Origin: a virus
Taxonomy: Duplodnaviria; Caudoviricetes
Virus record (IMG/VR): IMGVR_UViG_3300046490_000097
Location: 1-35,448 of that record
Strand: one strand, 5' to 3'
Length of the DNA: 35,448 bases
Made by a program: the position numbers and the translations under genes
The notes under the pieces: model-generated
The model's database searches: none
What the model was told of the DNA's origin: nothing
The model's input: only the letters and a program-made list of their open reading frames with translations
Shown: positions 24,583-33,240 of the stretch, piece after piece
Layout: each line of letters opens with the position of its first letter
How positions within the stretch are numbered: the first letter of the stretch is position 1

Positions 24583-26954
24583 TGGGCATCTCCATCGCGG
24601 ACATCTTCGGGGCCGTCCACCTCAACCTCGAGACCGGCCAGTTCGAGGTCGACGCGCTCAAGTCCACCGACATCGTCGCCGGGAAGATGGCGGCGAGCCT
24701 CAAGAAGGCGGCCGGCGGGGCGCTCGGGGCCGGCGTCGGCCTCGCCCTCTCCTCCGCGATAAACGGGGCCACGCAGCTCAACCAGCTCGCGGGCGACTAC
24801 CGGGTCCAGACGGGCGCCAGCGCGGCGGAGGCCAAGGCGTTCACGGGGACGCTCAACGACCTGTTCATGACCAGCCACCAGGGGTACGACGAGATCGCCG
24901 CCACCCTGACGGGGCTCAAGACGCACTTCGACCTCTCCGGCCAGGCGGCCAAGGACCTCGCCGCCAACATCCTCGACTTCGCGGAGATCGCCGGCGGGAC
25001 GGGGACGGACGCGGTCGAGCGGCTCAACAGCCTCGTCAAGACGGGCGTCATCGGCGAGGCAGACATGGCCGCGACGATGGACAAGCTCACGGTCGCACAC
25101 CAGCGGTGGGGCATCAACATCAACGAGACCGCGGACTCGCTGGTCAAGTTCGCGCCGGCGATGAACGCCTTCGGGATGAGCACCGACCAGGCGATCGCGT
25201 GGATGAGCATTTTCAACAAGGCGGGGGTCGACGCCCAGCGCGTCACGATGGGGTTCAACACCGCGCTCCAGAAGGTCAAGAGCCCGGCGGAGTTCAACAC
25301 GCTGGTCGCCCAGATCGCCGCCACGGCGGACAACACCGACCGCGCGAAGCTCGCGATCAGCCTGTTCGGGGCGCGCGCCGGCGGGGCGCTGGCGAACATG
25401 CTGCGGCCGGGGTCCGAGAGCGTCGCGGACATGGCCGCGATCATCGGGACCGACTACACCGGCGCGGTCGAGAAGGCGGCCGAGGTCAACGACAGCACCT
25501 TCGGCGGCCAGGCGATCCTGATGCTCCACAAGTTCCAGGGCGCCCTCGCGGGGACCGGGACGAACATGGGCGACCTGCTCATCGTGTTCGCGACGCTCGG
25601 CCCGCAGCTGACGAAGGTCGTGCTGGGCTCGCTCGGCGGGCTGGCCGGGCTCCTCCTCCCCAAGATCGCCGAGCAGCTCGGCCTGACGCTCCCCGCGTGG
25701 CTCGCGGGCGGGACCGCCGCGGGCGCGGCGCAGGTCGGGGCCGAGGCGGCCACGGTCGCCGCGGGCGGCCCGCTGGTCGCCGCGGCGGTGACGGCGCAGA
25801 CGCCGGAGGTCGTCCTCGCGGCCGGGGCGATGGGCGGCGAGGCGGGCGCCGCGGCGGCCGCGGCGACGGCGACGTCCTTCGCCTCCCGGATCGCCGCGCT
25901 CGTGGCGCGCGGGGCGTTCGCGATCCCCGGGGGAGGCGGGGCGGCCGTGGGGCTGCCGCTGCCGGAGCTCCCGATGGACAAGCTCGAGGCCGCGTGGCCG
26001 AAGGCCGGCCAGCAGGCCGGCGAGGCGTTCGCCGGTGCCGCCGTCGCGGCGATCAAGGGGCGGATCGCCCGCGGCGAGGACGAGGTCGGCGCGGCCGCGG
26101 GCGGGATCGGGCAGGTCATGGCGACGCGCATGGCGCGCGGGGAGGACGAGGTCAGCGGGGCCGCGTCCCTGCTGGCCTCCGGGATGACGAGCCCCGTGCT
26201 GGTGGCCCTGGCGCGCCTGGCCACGTCGACGAAGTCGGTGCTCGGCCAGATCGCGCAGGACTACCGGGACAAGTGGTCGGAGCTCACCTCGATCGCCACC
26301 GACGCCGCCGCGACGATCTACGGCCGCCAGCACCGCGCCGACGCCCTCTCCGCGAACAGCCGGGAGCAGTCCGCCCAGCGGGCGATCATCGCGTCGAAGA
26401 AGTCCACCGCGCAGGAGAAGCGGGACGCGAGGTCGCGGCTGCTCGCGCTCCAGGAGGAGGGGCTCGGCATCCGCATCGAGATGGCGGGCCGCGGCGAGCT
26501 CACGAAGACGGCCTACGACGCGCTCATATCGGACCTCCAGAAGCAGGCGAAGTCGGGCAACGCCGAGGTCGCCAACGCCGCGAGGCTCGCGCTCGCCGAG
26601 CTCGAGAAGCTCAAGGCCGAGTGGAACACCGCGCCGGCCGACCTGCACGCCGCCCTGATCGGCGCGGGGCACCGCGCCAGGCCGACCGCGACCGGCGGAC
26701 GGCGGAACGCGGGCGAGCTGCTCAAGGTGGGCGAGCTCGGGCCCGAGCTGTGGGTGCCGGACACCAGCGGCTACATGATCCCGCACAACCAGCTGGCGTC
26801 GGTCGGCGCGGGCATGTCGGGCGGCGTCACCTACAACATCCCGGTCACCGTCCAGGGGCTCGTGCGGGCGAGGAACCCGCTCGAGATCGCCCAGCAGGCG
26901 CGCCGCTTCGCCCGGCTCGGGACCGTCGCGCCGCCGGCGACGGAGGCGGCATGA
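24582..26954 (+). CDS. Tape measure protein
   Basis: 790 aa, Ala-rich and helical; AISLFGARAG core; C-terminal ATGG...VGELGPELWVP..SG. Confidence 0.93.
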   Translation: MGISIADIFGAVHLNLETGQFEVDALKSTDIVAGKMAASLKKAAGGALGAGVGLALSSAINGATQLNQLAGDYRVQTGASAAEAKAFTGTLNDLFMTSHQGYDEIAATLTGLKTHFDLSGQAAKDLAANILDFAEIAGGTGTDAVERLNSLVKTGVIGEADMAATMDKLTVAHQRWGININETADSLVKFAPAMNAFGMSTDQAIAWMSIFNKAGVDAQRVTMGFNTALQKVKSPAEFNTLVAQIAATADNTDRAKLAISLFGARAGGALANMLRPGSESVADMAAIIGTDYTGAVEKAAEVNDSTFGGQAILMLHKFQGALAGTGTNMGDLLIVFATLGPQLTKVVLGSLGGLAGLLLPKIAEQLGLTLPAWLAGGTAAGAAQVGAEAATVAAGGPLVAAAVTAQTPEVVLAAGAMGGEAGAAAAAATATSFASRIAALVARGAFAIPGGGGAAVGLPLPELPMDKLEAAWPKAGQQAGEAFAGAAVAAIKGRIARGEDEVGAAAGGIGQVMATRMARGEDEVSGAASLLASGMTSPVLVALARLATSTKSVLGQIAQDYRDKWSELTSIATDAAATIYGRQHRADALSANSREQSAQRAIIASKKSTAQEKRDARSRLLALQEEGLGIRIEMAGRGELTKTAYDALISDLQKQAKSGNAEVANAARLALAELEKLKAEWNTAPADLHAALIGAGHRARPTATGGRRNAGELLKVGELGPELWVPDTSGYMIPHNQLASVGAGMSGGVTYNIPVTVQGLVRARNPLEIAQQARRFARLGTVAPPATEAA

Positions 26955-27388
26955 CGCTCTCGCTCGCTCCCGTCGCGCTGACCTACGACGGCGGGGCGAC
27001 GTCCGTCCAGGCGGTCCCGGGCATCTTCCTCGAGATCACGCAGGGCCTCGACGGCGTCCCCGACGTGCGGGGCGTCGACACGGTCGTCCCGGGCCTCGCC
27101 GGGCGCGTCACCGGGCCGCGGATCGTCGACCGCATGTCCATCCTGCTCGAGGGCGTCGTCATCGGCGCCGACGAGGCGGAGTTCCGCACCGCGATGCTCG
27201 CCCTGCGGGCGCTGTTCGACCCGGCGCTCCCGCCGCGCGACCTCGTCGCCGTGCTCGAGGACGGGTCCACCGCGACCGTCGCCGCGCGGGCGCTCAACAT
27301 CGCGTCCAAGCGCGTCGACCGCGAGTCGGCCGAGGTCTCCGTCGAGCTGGAGGCGCTCGCCGACTGGTCGGTGGTCGCCGGGCCGTGA
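26951..27388 (+). CDS. Distal tail protein (Dit-like)
   Basis: Follows TMP; GLDGVPDVRG.D.VVPG..G. Confidence 0.75.
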   Translation: MTLSLAPVALTYDGGATSVQAVPGIFLEITQGLDGVPDVRGVDTVVPGLAGRVTGPRIVDRMSILLEGVVIGADEAEFRTAMLALRALFDPALPPRDLVAVLEDGSTATVAARALNIASKRVDRESAEVSVELEALADWSVVAGP

Positions 27389-30300
27389 CCTGCTCAGTCG
27401 TCGGCCGAACCTACCCCGGCCGCGCGCTCGACGGCGCGACGCTCGTCGGCCCGACCCCGGCGGGGTTCTACCCGTACCGGAGCGTCGACGCGACGGCGGG
27501 CGACTACATCAGCCCCGGCGCGGCCGGCCTCACCTATTACGGCGGGTACGGCGAGAGGCCCTACCCGACCACCGACCCGTCCGGGGGAACGGGCGGCGGG
27601 TTCTTCTTCCGCAACTATGGGGCGGTCGTCCCATCGTTCCCGCTCGGCCACGGCGACGGCGGCTGCCCGGTCGGCAACCCGGACAAGGTGAAGGTGTTCC
27701 TCGTCGGGCCAGGCACGGCGAGGGTGTGGATGGAGAGCGCGTCCACGTCCGACGTCCTGGTGTGGTCGGTCGAGACCCCGGATCCGCTCGACGCCTCGAC
27801 CGACGTCTGGACGTTGTTGTCCACGACGGCCGGGACCTACCCGTCGACGACCGTCGAGGTGCCGGACGACGGCATCTGCCTGCACGTCGTCCTTGTCCGC
27901 GACTACGGCTCTCTCGGCGGGGCGCTCCTCTACGGCGGCTTCGACTGGTTCCCGGCCTCCGCCGGCGCGATCGGCCTCGACGTCTACGCGATCGACCCGC
28001 CGGGAGACTCGATCCGCTACCTCGCGACGCTCGACGGGGCCTTCGCCAAGGTCGTGCGCCCAGAGCGCAATGCCACCGGGTCCGGCCAGTTCTCCATCCG
28101 GCGCGACGACCCGAACGCGACGGCCGAGGTGCTGCGCCAGGGCAACCTCGTGAGGGTCCGGGTCCCGGCCATCGACGCGGACTACATCTTCGCGTTCTTC
28201 ATCGAGTCGCTCACGACGCAGGTCGTCTCGCAGGACGAGGGCGGCGGCGAGGTCGTCGAGGTCGCCGGCCGCGGCGCGATGGCCTACTTCGACTGGGCCC
28301 GCTGGCTCGCCGTGAGCTACGTCGTCCCCTGGTGGGACTCGGGATGGGCCGACCTCGTGGCGGGAGAGCCGCCCGCCGGGTCGCTCGGGCACGTCGCGCT
28401 CGCGGCCGGGACCTACCGGACCTTCACCTTCAACTCCTCGGGACGGGTCGTCTACCCGGCCGGGTCGATCACGACGGGCGGGTTCTCGGCGTTCTACGAC
28501 AAGCGGCAGGCGCGCCGCTGGGAGTCGGGCGCACCATCCGCGGGGGCGAGGGTGACGCTGGTCAAGCTCTCGACAGGCGCCTACGCCGGCACGTGGGTCC
28601 ACCCGTCCGACGCCGGCGTGACCGACGTCCGGGCGTCGTCGGTGCTCGGGCTGCGGCCGGAGTTCGGCGAGATCGGCGCCTCGGACGTGACGCAGTGGTG
28701 GGACTCCGGCTGGGGGACGCCGCCCGGGGGGACCGCGGGCCGCGTCGCCGTCCCGGCGGGCTCCTTCACGACCTACACCGTGTCCGGCGGCAAGATCACC
28801 GGCAAGAGCGTCGGCGCGCTGACCACGGGCGGGTTCTCGGCGTGGCTCGACCAGATCGCCGCCCTGCCGTTCCTCCACGGGTCGGGCCGGGGCCACCTCC
28901 TCCACATCAGCTCCGGGGCGTACTCCGGGACGTGGATCCACGCCGCGGCCGCCGGCCTCCGCGTGTGGGTCGCGACCGAGCCGCTCCTCTCGCTGGTCCC
29001 GGGCAAGGTGCTCTGGCGGGTCTGCCAGGAGGCGCAGGCAGCGGGCCGGCCGAGCCACCCGATGCCGCTGCTCTCCTACGCCTTCACCGAGACGGTCGAC
29101 ACCGACGGCAACGACTGGCTCGCGGGGGGCGGGCTCCAGGGCGTCACCGCGGAGGTCGGCGACCCGTACCTCGACACGCTCGCGAAGCTCACGGCCACCG
29201 GGCTGATCGACGTCGAGATGGCGCCGTCGCTCGAGCTCCGCGCGTGGGCCCAGCAGGGCCGGGACCTCACGGGCGACGGGACCGGGGGCAGCGTCCGCTT
29301 CGAGAAGGCGGCGAACATCGCGTCGGCGCTCTCCCGCGAGCGCACGGACGGCCCGGCGGCCACGTTCACCCAGGTCGTCGGCACCGACGGGTGGGCGCAG
29401 GCGGAGCTCCCCGACGCCGCCGACCGCGTGACGCGGGAGACCTCGACGCAGGCGGAGACCGACGACGCCGACTCCCTCGCGGCGCTCGGCCTGGCGGACC
29501 TCCTGAACCGCCTGCGCCGCTCGGACGCCGCGGGCTTCCCGATCCTCGTCGGCGACGGGACCGGCTACTCGGCCGGGCGCTACCTGCCCGGCCCGCCCGG
29601 GTCGGCGCACGGCGACTTCTGGCTCGGCGACCTGGTGACCGTCCACACGGGCACCGGGCTCGAGGACTACGACGAGGACGCGGTCGCGATCGCGGCGATC
29701 ACCCTGTCCGAGAGCGAGGCCGGCGACCTCGTCGTCATCCCGGAGGTGAGCTCGAGCCTCGGCGCGGCCGAGGACGCCGCCTACCCCGGGGCGTCGGGCT
29801 CGTCCGGCGGCGGGTCGTCGACCGGGTCGTCCGGGTCCGGCACGACCGGGGTGCTGTCGATCGACCTGTCCGGCTACCAGGAGACCGCCGAGAGGGGGCT
29901 CGCCGGCGGGTACGCGGCCCTCGACGGGTCCGCGCTCGTCCCGGTCCCGCAGCTCCCGCGGGTCGAACTCCTGACGACGTCGGAGACGGACGCGACCAAG
30001 GTCCTGGGCGCCGACGGGTCCGGCGGGCTCGCGTTCGTGACGGTCGCGGGCGGGGGCGGCGGGGGCGCCGACGCCAGCCACCCGATGCCCCTCGACTCCT
30101 ACGCGATCGACGGGACCTACGGCGACGACTTCACGGGCGCCTCGCTGTCGGGATCGTGGACGCGGCGCAACTTCACCAGCGGGGCCGAGGCGTACCAAGT
30201 CGGCAAGGCCGCCACCTACCTCCGGCTCGCAACCACGGGCCGGTCCGGCGGCGACGGGTACTTCCGCGCCGCGCCCGCCGGGGACTGGACCCTCGCGATG

Positions 30301-30735
30301 GCGTACATCGCCCGCAACTACGACGTCGCGAATAACCAGGTCATGATGCTCGGACTCGCCTGCGTGGACACGTCGGGCAACGGGGTGGTCGCGACGCTGG
30401 GAAACAACACGCCCAACGCCTTCGAAATCCTCAACGTCTCGGCGTACACGTCCTATGGCGGGTCATACATCGAGGCGGGCATCCCGGGCGCGGCCCCCAA
30501 CGTGAGCTACCTCAACGGCGCCCAGACCGCGTTCGTCAAGACGTGGCTGCGCCTCCGCAAGAGCGGGACGAGCTATTACGTCGCGTTCTCGCTCGACGGC
30601 GAGGCGTGGGGCGTCGAGTCGGGCCCGCTCTCGGCCTCGTTCACGGTCGACCGCGTCGGGATCATCGTCCCGCCGCTGGCGTCCACCGGCACCAACACGT
30701 ACTTCGACGTGGACTGGTTCAACAAGATCGCATGA
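27385..30735 (+). CDS. Large tail tip/hub protein with internal duplicated domain and C-terminal lectin-like receptor-binding domain
   Basis: Hub-like segments (NATGSGQFSI; DFWLGDLVTV), a Gly/Ser linker, and a C-terminal DDF....L...W...WLRLRKSGT.Y...SLDGE.W ConA-like pattern. Confidence 0.85.
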   Translation: MTCSVVGRTYPGRALDGATLVGPTPAGFYPYRSVDATAGDYISPGAAGLTYYGGYGERPYPTTDPSGGTGGGFFFRNYGAVVPSFPLGHGDGGCPVGNPDKVKVFLVGPGTARVWMESASTSDVLVWSVETPDPLDASTDVWTLLSTTAGTYPSTTVEVPDDGICLHVVLVRDYGSLGGALLYGGFDWFPASAGAIGLDVYAIDPPGDSIRYLATLDGAFAKVVRPERNATGSGQFSIRRDDPNATAEVLRQGNLVRVRVPAIDADYIFAFFIESLTTQVVSQDEGGGEVVEVAGRGAMAYFDWARWLAVSYVVPWWDSGWADLVAGEPPAGSLGHVALAAGTYRTFTFNSSGRVVYPAGSITTGGFSAFYDKRQARRWESGAPSAGARVTLVKLSTGAYAGTWVHPSDAGVTDVRASSVLGLRPEFGEIGASDVTQWWDSGWGTPPGGTAGRVAVPAGSFTTYTVSGGKITGKSVGALTTGGFSAWLDQIAALPFLHGSGRGHLLHISSGAYSGTWIHAAAAGLRVWVATEPLLSLVPGKVLWRVCQEAQAAGRPSHPMPLLSYAFTETVDTDGNDWLAGGGLQGVTAEVGDPYLDTLAKLTATGLIDVEMAPSLELRAWAQQGRDLTGDGTGGSVRFEKAANIASALSRERTDGPAATFTQVVGTDGWAQAELPDAADRVTRETSTQAETDDADSLAALGLADLLNRLRRSDAAGFPILVGDGTGYSAGRYLPGPPGSAHGDFWLGDLVTVHTGTGLEDYDEDAVAIAAITLSESEAGDLVVIPEVSSSLGAAEDAAYPGASGSSGGGSSTGSSGSGTTGVLSIDLSGYQETAERGLAGGYAALDGSALVPVPQLPRVELLTTSETDATKVLGADGSGGLAFVTVAGGGGGGADASHPMPLDSYAIDGTYGDDFTGASLSGSWTRRNFTSGAEAYQVGKAATYLRLATTGRSGGDGYFRAAPAGDWTLAMAYIARNYDVANNQVMMLGLACVDTSGNGVVATLGNNTPNAFEILNVSAYTSYGGSYIEAGIPGAAPNVSYLNGAQTAFVKTWLRLRKSGTSYYVAFSLDGEAWGVESGPLSASFTVDRVGIIVPPLASTGTNTYFDVDWFNKIA

Positions 30736-30800
30736 GGACCTGCCCGCTCCGGCGCCGGCGCCGCCTCGCCGGCATCTCGACAGCCTCAGGAGGCCGCACC

Positions 30801-31109
30801 GTGACAGCGCTCGCGCTCACCGACCAGCAGAGGGCACCGCTCGCCGTCCTGCTCCACTACAGCGACGGATCGACCGCCGACGCGGGCAGCCAGTGGCGCT
30901 CCAACTTCAACCCGGGCGGGATCGCCGAGGTCACGGGTGGTCCGGGCGCCTACTTCGTCACCGCCCTCGCGGCGGGCTCGACGACGCTCCACGTCGAGGA
31001 CATGTCGCAGACATACTCCGCCGACCTCGTCGTCACCGTGACGGCGGTCGCGGCACCGCCGGCGCTGGTCGGGATCTCCGTCGAGGCGGGGGCGCCCGAG
31101 CCCAGGTAG
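30801..31109 (+). CDS. Ig-like (Big_2-type) domain protein
   Basis: AGGAGG RBS plus GTG; YSDGSTAD....W.S.....AEV...VTALAAGSTTL. Confidence 0.7.
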   Translation: MTALALTDQQRAPLAVLLHYSDGSTADAGSQWRSNFNPGGIAEVTGGPGAYFVTALAAGSTTLHVEDMSQTYSADLVVTVTAVAAPPALVGISVEAGAPEPR

Positions 31110-31984
31110 CGCGTCGCCACGAGCAGCACGGCGGCCACGGGCCAGTCCCCCAGCGTGTAGGACAGCCCGCGGCCGCTGCGCGCGTTCAGGAGCGCCTCGC
31201 CGTACTGGACCCACAGCACCCCGAACGGCAGCGACAGGGCCACGAGCCCGAGCACGGCGGCGCGCCAGTCGCGCCGCCGCCAGCCGGGCAGGGCGAACGG
31301 GGCCAGCGGCAGTTTGATCGCCGCGAGGGCCGCCGGCCATCCCCACGCCGCGCCCGCCGCGATCGCGGCGTAGGCCCAGAGCGCCGGGTTGCCGAGCAGG
31401 AGGGCGTACCACGTCCGGGGGTAGACCAGCAGGCACGCCAGCAGGAGCCACCCGGCGCGCGAGGGGCGGACGCGGGCGAGCGACGCCGCGATGACGCCCA
31501 GCGGGACGGCCCACCACAGGACCGCGGGGAGTCCGAGCGCGAAGGGCGCCGTCAGCCACAGCAGGGTCGGCGGGTAGGCGTTGCCGTTGAGGTCCTCGAT
31601 GCTGTACGGCCCGGCGAGCTGCGCCGGCGCGTAGAGCGGTCCGCCGTGCAGCCAGGAGGTCGTGTAGCCCTGGTAGACGCGGAAGTCGATGCCGATCGAG
31701 GCGAGTATCCCGGGCACGCTCTCGATGGTGACGGCCGCCGCGCCCGCGAGGACCACGACTGCCGCAGCCTTGAGCGCGATGCGCACGGGGCGGGCTGCGA
31801 CCGTGACGCGCAACCTGTCACGGGCCGCGGCCACGATGGCCTGCCGACCGGCGGACTGTGGCGCCGGGAGGCCGGCCGAGGCGCTCGCGGCCGGCAGCGA
31901 CGGGCGCGCACCGGGGGTATCCGTGTCCGACGAGGAGCGCGCCATCTGGGAGCAGCTCGAGGCCGACGTCGAGGCCGCCATCAT
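30950..31984 (-). CDS. GT-C fold membrane glycosyltransferase (GT87/DUF2029-like)
   Basis: IDFRVY...WLHGGPLY...AYPPT, LGN and AIK motifs, many TM segments. ATG overlaps the repressor stop; the true start may lie further downstream. Confidence 0.78.
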   Translation of the reverse strand: MMAASTSASSCSQMARSSSDTDTPGARPSLPAASASAGLPAPQSAGRQAIVAAARDRLRVTVAARPVRIALKAAAVVVLAGAAAVTIESVPGILASIGIDFRVYQGYTTSWLHGGPLYAPAQLAGPYSIEDLNGNAYPPTLLWLTAPFALGLPAVLWWAVPLGVIAASLARVRPSRAGWLLLACLLVYPRTWYALLLGNPALWAYAAIAAGAAWGWPAALAAIKLPLAPFALPGWRRRDWRAAVLGLVALSLPFGVLWVQYGEALLNARSGRGLSYTLGDWPVAAVLLVATRYLGSGAPASTEIPTSAGGAATAVTVTTRSAEYVCDMSSTWSVVEPAARAVTK

Positions 31985-32277
31985 TCGCGCTCGGTCGAGG
32001 ATTGCCGAGTCGCGGCGCGCCAGGTCGCGAGGCGGACAATCACGTCGTCCTTCGTCGGCGCCGGGTCCGCTAGGAACTCCACCGGGACCGCCATCGCGCG
32101 GGCCAGGTCCCGCAGCGTCTCGGCGCGCGGGCTCTCCCCGGCCTCGTACCGGCTGATCGTCGACTCGCTCGTCCTCGCGCGCCCCGCGAGGTCGCGCTGC
32201 GTGTAGCCGAGGTACTCGCGGATCGCGCCGATCGCAACGCCCACCTTGGTCGCGTAGTCGGTGCGCTGCCTTGCCAT
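31981..32277 (-). CDS. Immunity repressor (XRE HTH)
   Basis: IREYLGYTQRDLAGRARTSESTISRYEAGESPRAETLRDLARAMAVPVEFL, divergent from the Cro-like gene. Confidence 0.88.
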   Translation of the reverse strand: MARQRTDYATKVGVAIGAIREYLGYTQRDLAGRARTSESTISRYEAGESPRAETLRDLARAMAVPVEFLADPAPTKDDVIVRLATWRAATRQSSTERE

Positions 32278-32283
32278 GTCGGG

Positions 32284-32312
32284 AGCGTAGGTTGCAATCA
32301 CTGGACTTGCAA
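32284..32312 (-). promoter_or_regulatory. Repressor promoter, leaderless
   Basis: On the minus strand TTGCAA-17 nt-TACGCT, with the ATG 6 nt downstream and no SD. Confidence 0.7.
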
Positions 32313-32405
32313 CATTGCACAACGGTTCCCGGACCTGCAATGGTCCGAATGTCCCGAAGATGACGTGCCGCCTTTGTAGTTGACGGCTAGATTGCAGAAG
32401 TGCAA
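32307..32405. promoter_or_regulatory. Operator sites TTGCA-N4-TGCA(A/C)
   Basis: TTGCAACATTGCAC (32307-32320) and TTGCAGAAGTGCAA (32392-32405), with half sites at 32292 and 32335. Confidence 0.7.
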
Positions 32406-32408
32406 GAT
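32380..32408 (+). promoter_or_regulatory. Early lytic promoter, leaderless
   Basis: TTGACG-17 nt-CAAGAT, with the ATG 7 nt downstream and no SD. Confidence 0.65.
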
Positions 32409-32415
32409 AGCCGCC

Positions 32416-32637
32416 ATGACGAACACGCGAACCACCGCAGGCATGGCGCTCGCCGAAGAGCGCGTCGGGCGCCCCATCGGCGAGTACCTGGTGGACGCCT
32501 ACGAGGTGCGCGAGCTCTCGCAGCAGGCCATCGCCGACGAGATCGGGGCGGACGTGTCCACGGTCTCCCGCTGGATGCGGCGTCTCGGCATCCGCGCCCG
32601 GTCCATCGGTCACAAGAAGACGCGGGCCCTCCGGTGA
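32416..32637 (+). CDS. Cro-like HTH protein
   Basis: [26 protein letters not shown]. Confidence 0.82.
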   Translation: MTNTRTTAGMALAEERVGRPIGEYLVDAYEVRELSQQAIADEIGADVSTVSRWMRRLGIRARSIGHKKTRALR

Positions 32638-32714
32638 CCGCCGTCGCGATGCTCGGGATGCTGTTCGCGCTCGTCTGGCCGCTCGCCCGCTCGATCGCGA
32701 GGGCGGGTCGGTGA
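32634..32714 (+). CDS. 26-aa hydrophobic peptide
   Basis: [26 protein letters not shown], with GTGA overlaps on both sides. Confidence 0.5.
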   Translation: MTAVAMLGMLFALVWPLARSIARAGR

Positions 32715-32917
32715 CCCCCTACGTCCTCCACACCTGCGACAACCGCCCTTGCTGCAACCCCGCGCACCTCTGGCTGGGCACCCAGCGCGAGAACTTGCTG
32801 GACATGATCGCCAAGGGTCGCCACGGGATGCAGGTCAAGGCCCGGGCGCGGCGAGAGGCCCTCGAGCGGGCGAAGGCGCCCGTCTACGCGGGCCGGCAGG
32901 AGTCGCTGCCCATCTGA
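32711..32917 (+). CDS. Minimal or truncated HNH endonuclease
   Basis: Begins directly at [29 protein letters not shown], without the usual N-terminal part. Confidence 0.7.
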   Translation: MTPYVLHTCDNRPCCNPAHLWLGTQRENLLDMIAKGRHGMQVKARARREALERAKAPVYAGRQESLPI

Positions 32918-32928
32918 TCCCGCTCCCC

Positions 32929-32969
32929 GCGATGCCCGCCGGCCAGTGCCCGGACGCGGCGGGCATCGC
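32929..32969 (+). terminator. Intergenic 13-bp stem-loop in the early operon
   Basis: GCGATGCCCGCCG-15 nt-CGGCGGGCATCGC; no U-tract. Confidence 0.55.
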
Positions 32970-33009
32970 AGGTCGCAGGACCGGTCGAGAGAGTGAAGGG
33001 GTCGAGGAC

Positions 33010-33240
33010 ATGCAGATCGTCATTGACAGGGGCGCCGCGGAGGCGCTCGCGGAGGCGGCCGAGGTCCGCTGCGGGCTGCTGGCGGCGCACCTCGAGCGGA
33101 TCCCCGAGGCCGACCGCGCGCTGGTCATGGGCGAGATCGTCCGCGTCCAGCGGGGAGCCGAGGCCGTCCGGGCGGCGCTGGGGCCGCGGTCCGGGCTGCT
33201 CTGGCGCGAGATGGTCGCCGAGTGGCAGGCGGGCGCCTGA
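33010..33240 (+). CDS. Hypothetical protein
   Basis: Purine-rich RBS plus ATG; stop overlaps the next ATG. Confidence 0.7.
   Translation: MQIVIDRGAAEALAEAAEVRCGLLAAHLERIPEADRALVMGEIVRVQRGAEAVRAALGPRSGLLWREMVAEWQAGA

Noticed and set aside
12214-30198. Long minus-strand and alternate-frame ORFs (e.g. 14678..17269, 24477..26786, 27394..30198)
   Set aside because: These are shadow ORFs expected at this GC content. They are Arg/Gly/Pro-rich, lack motifs and overlap well-supported + strand genes.
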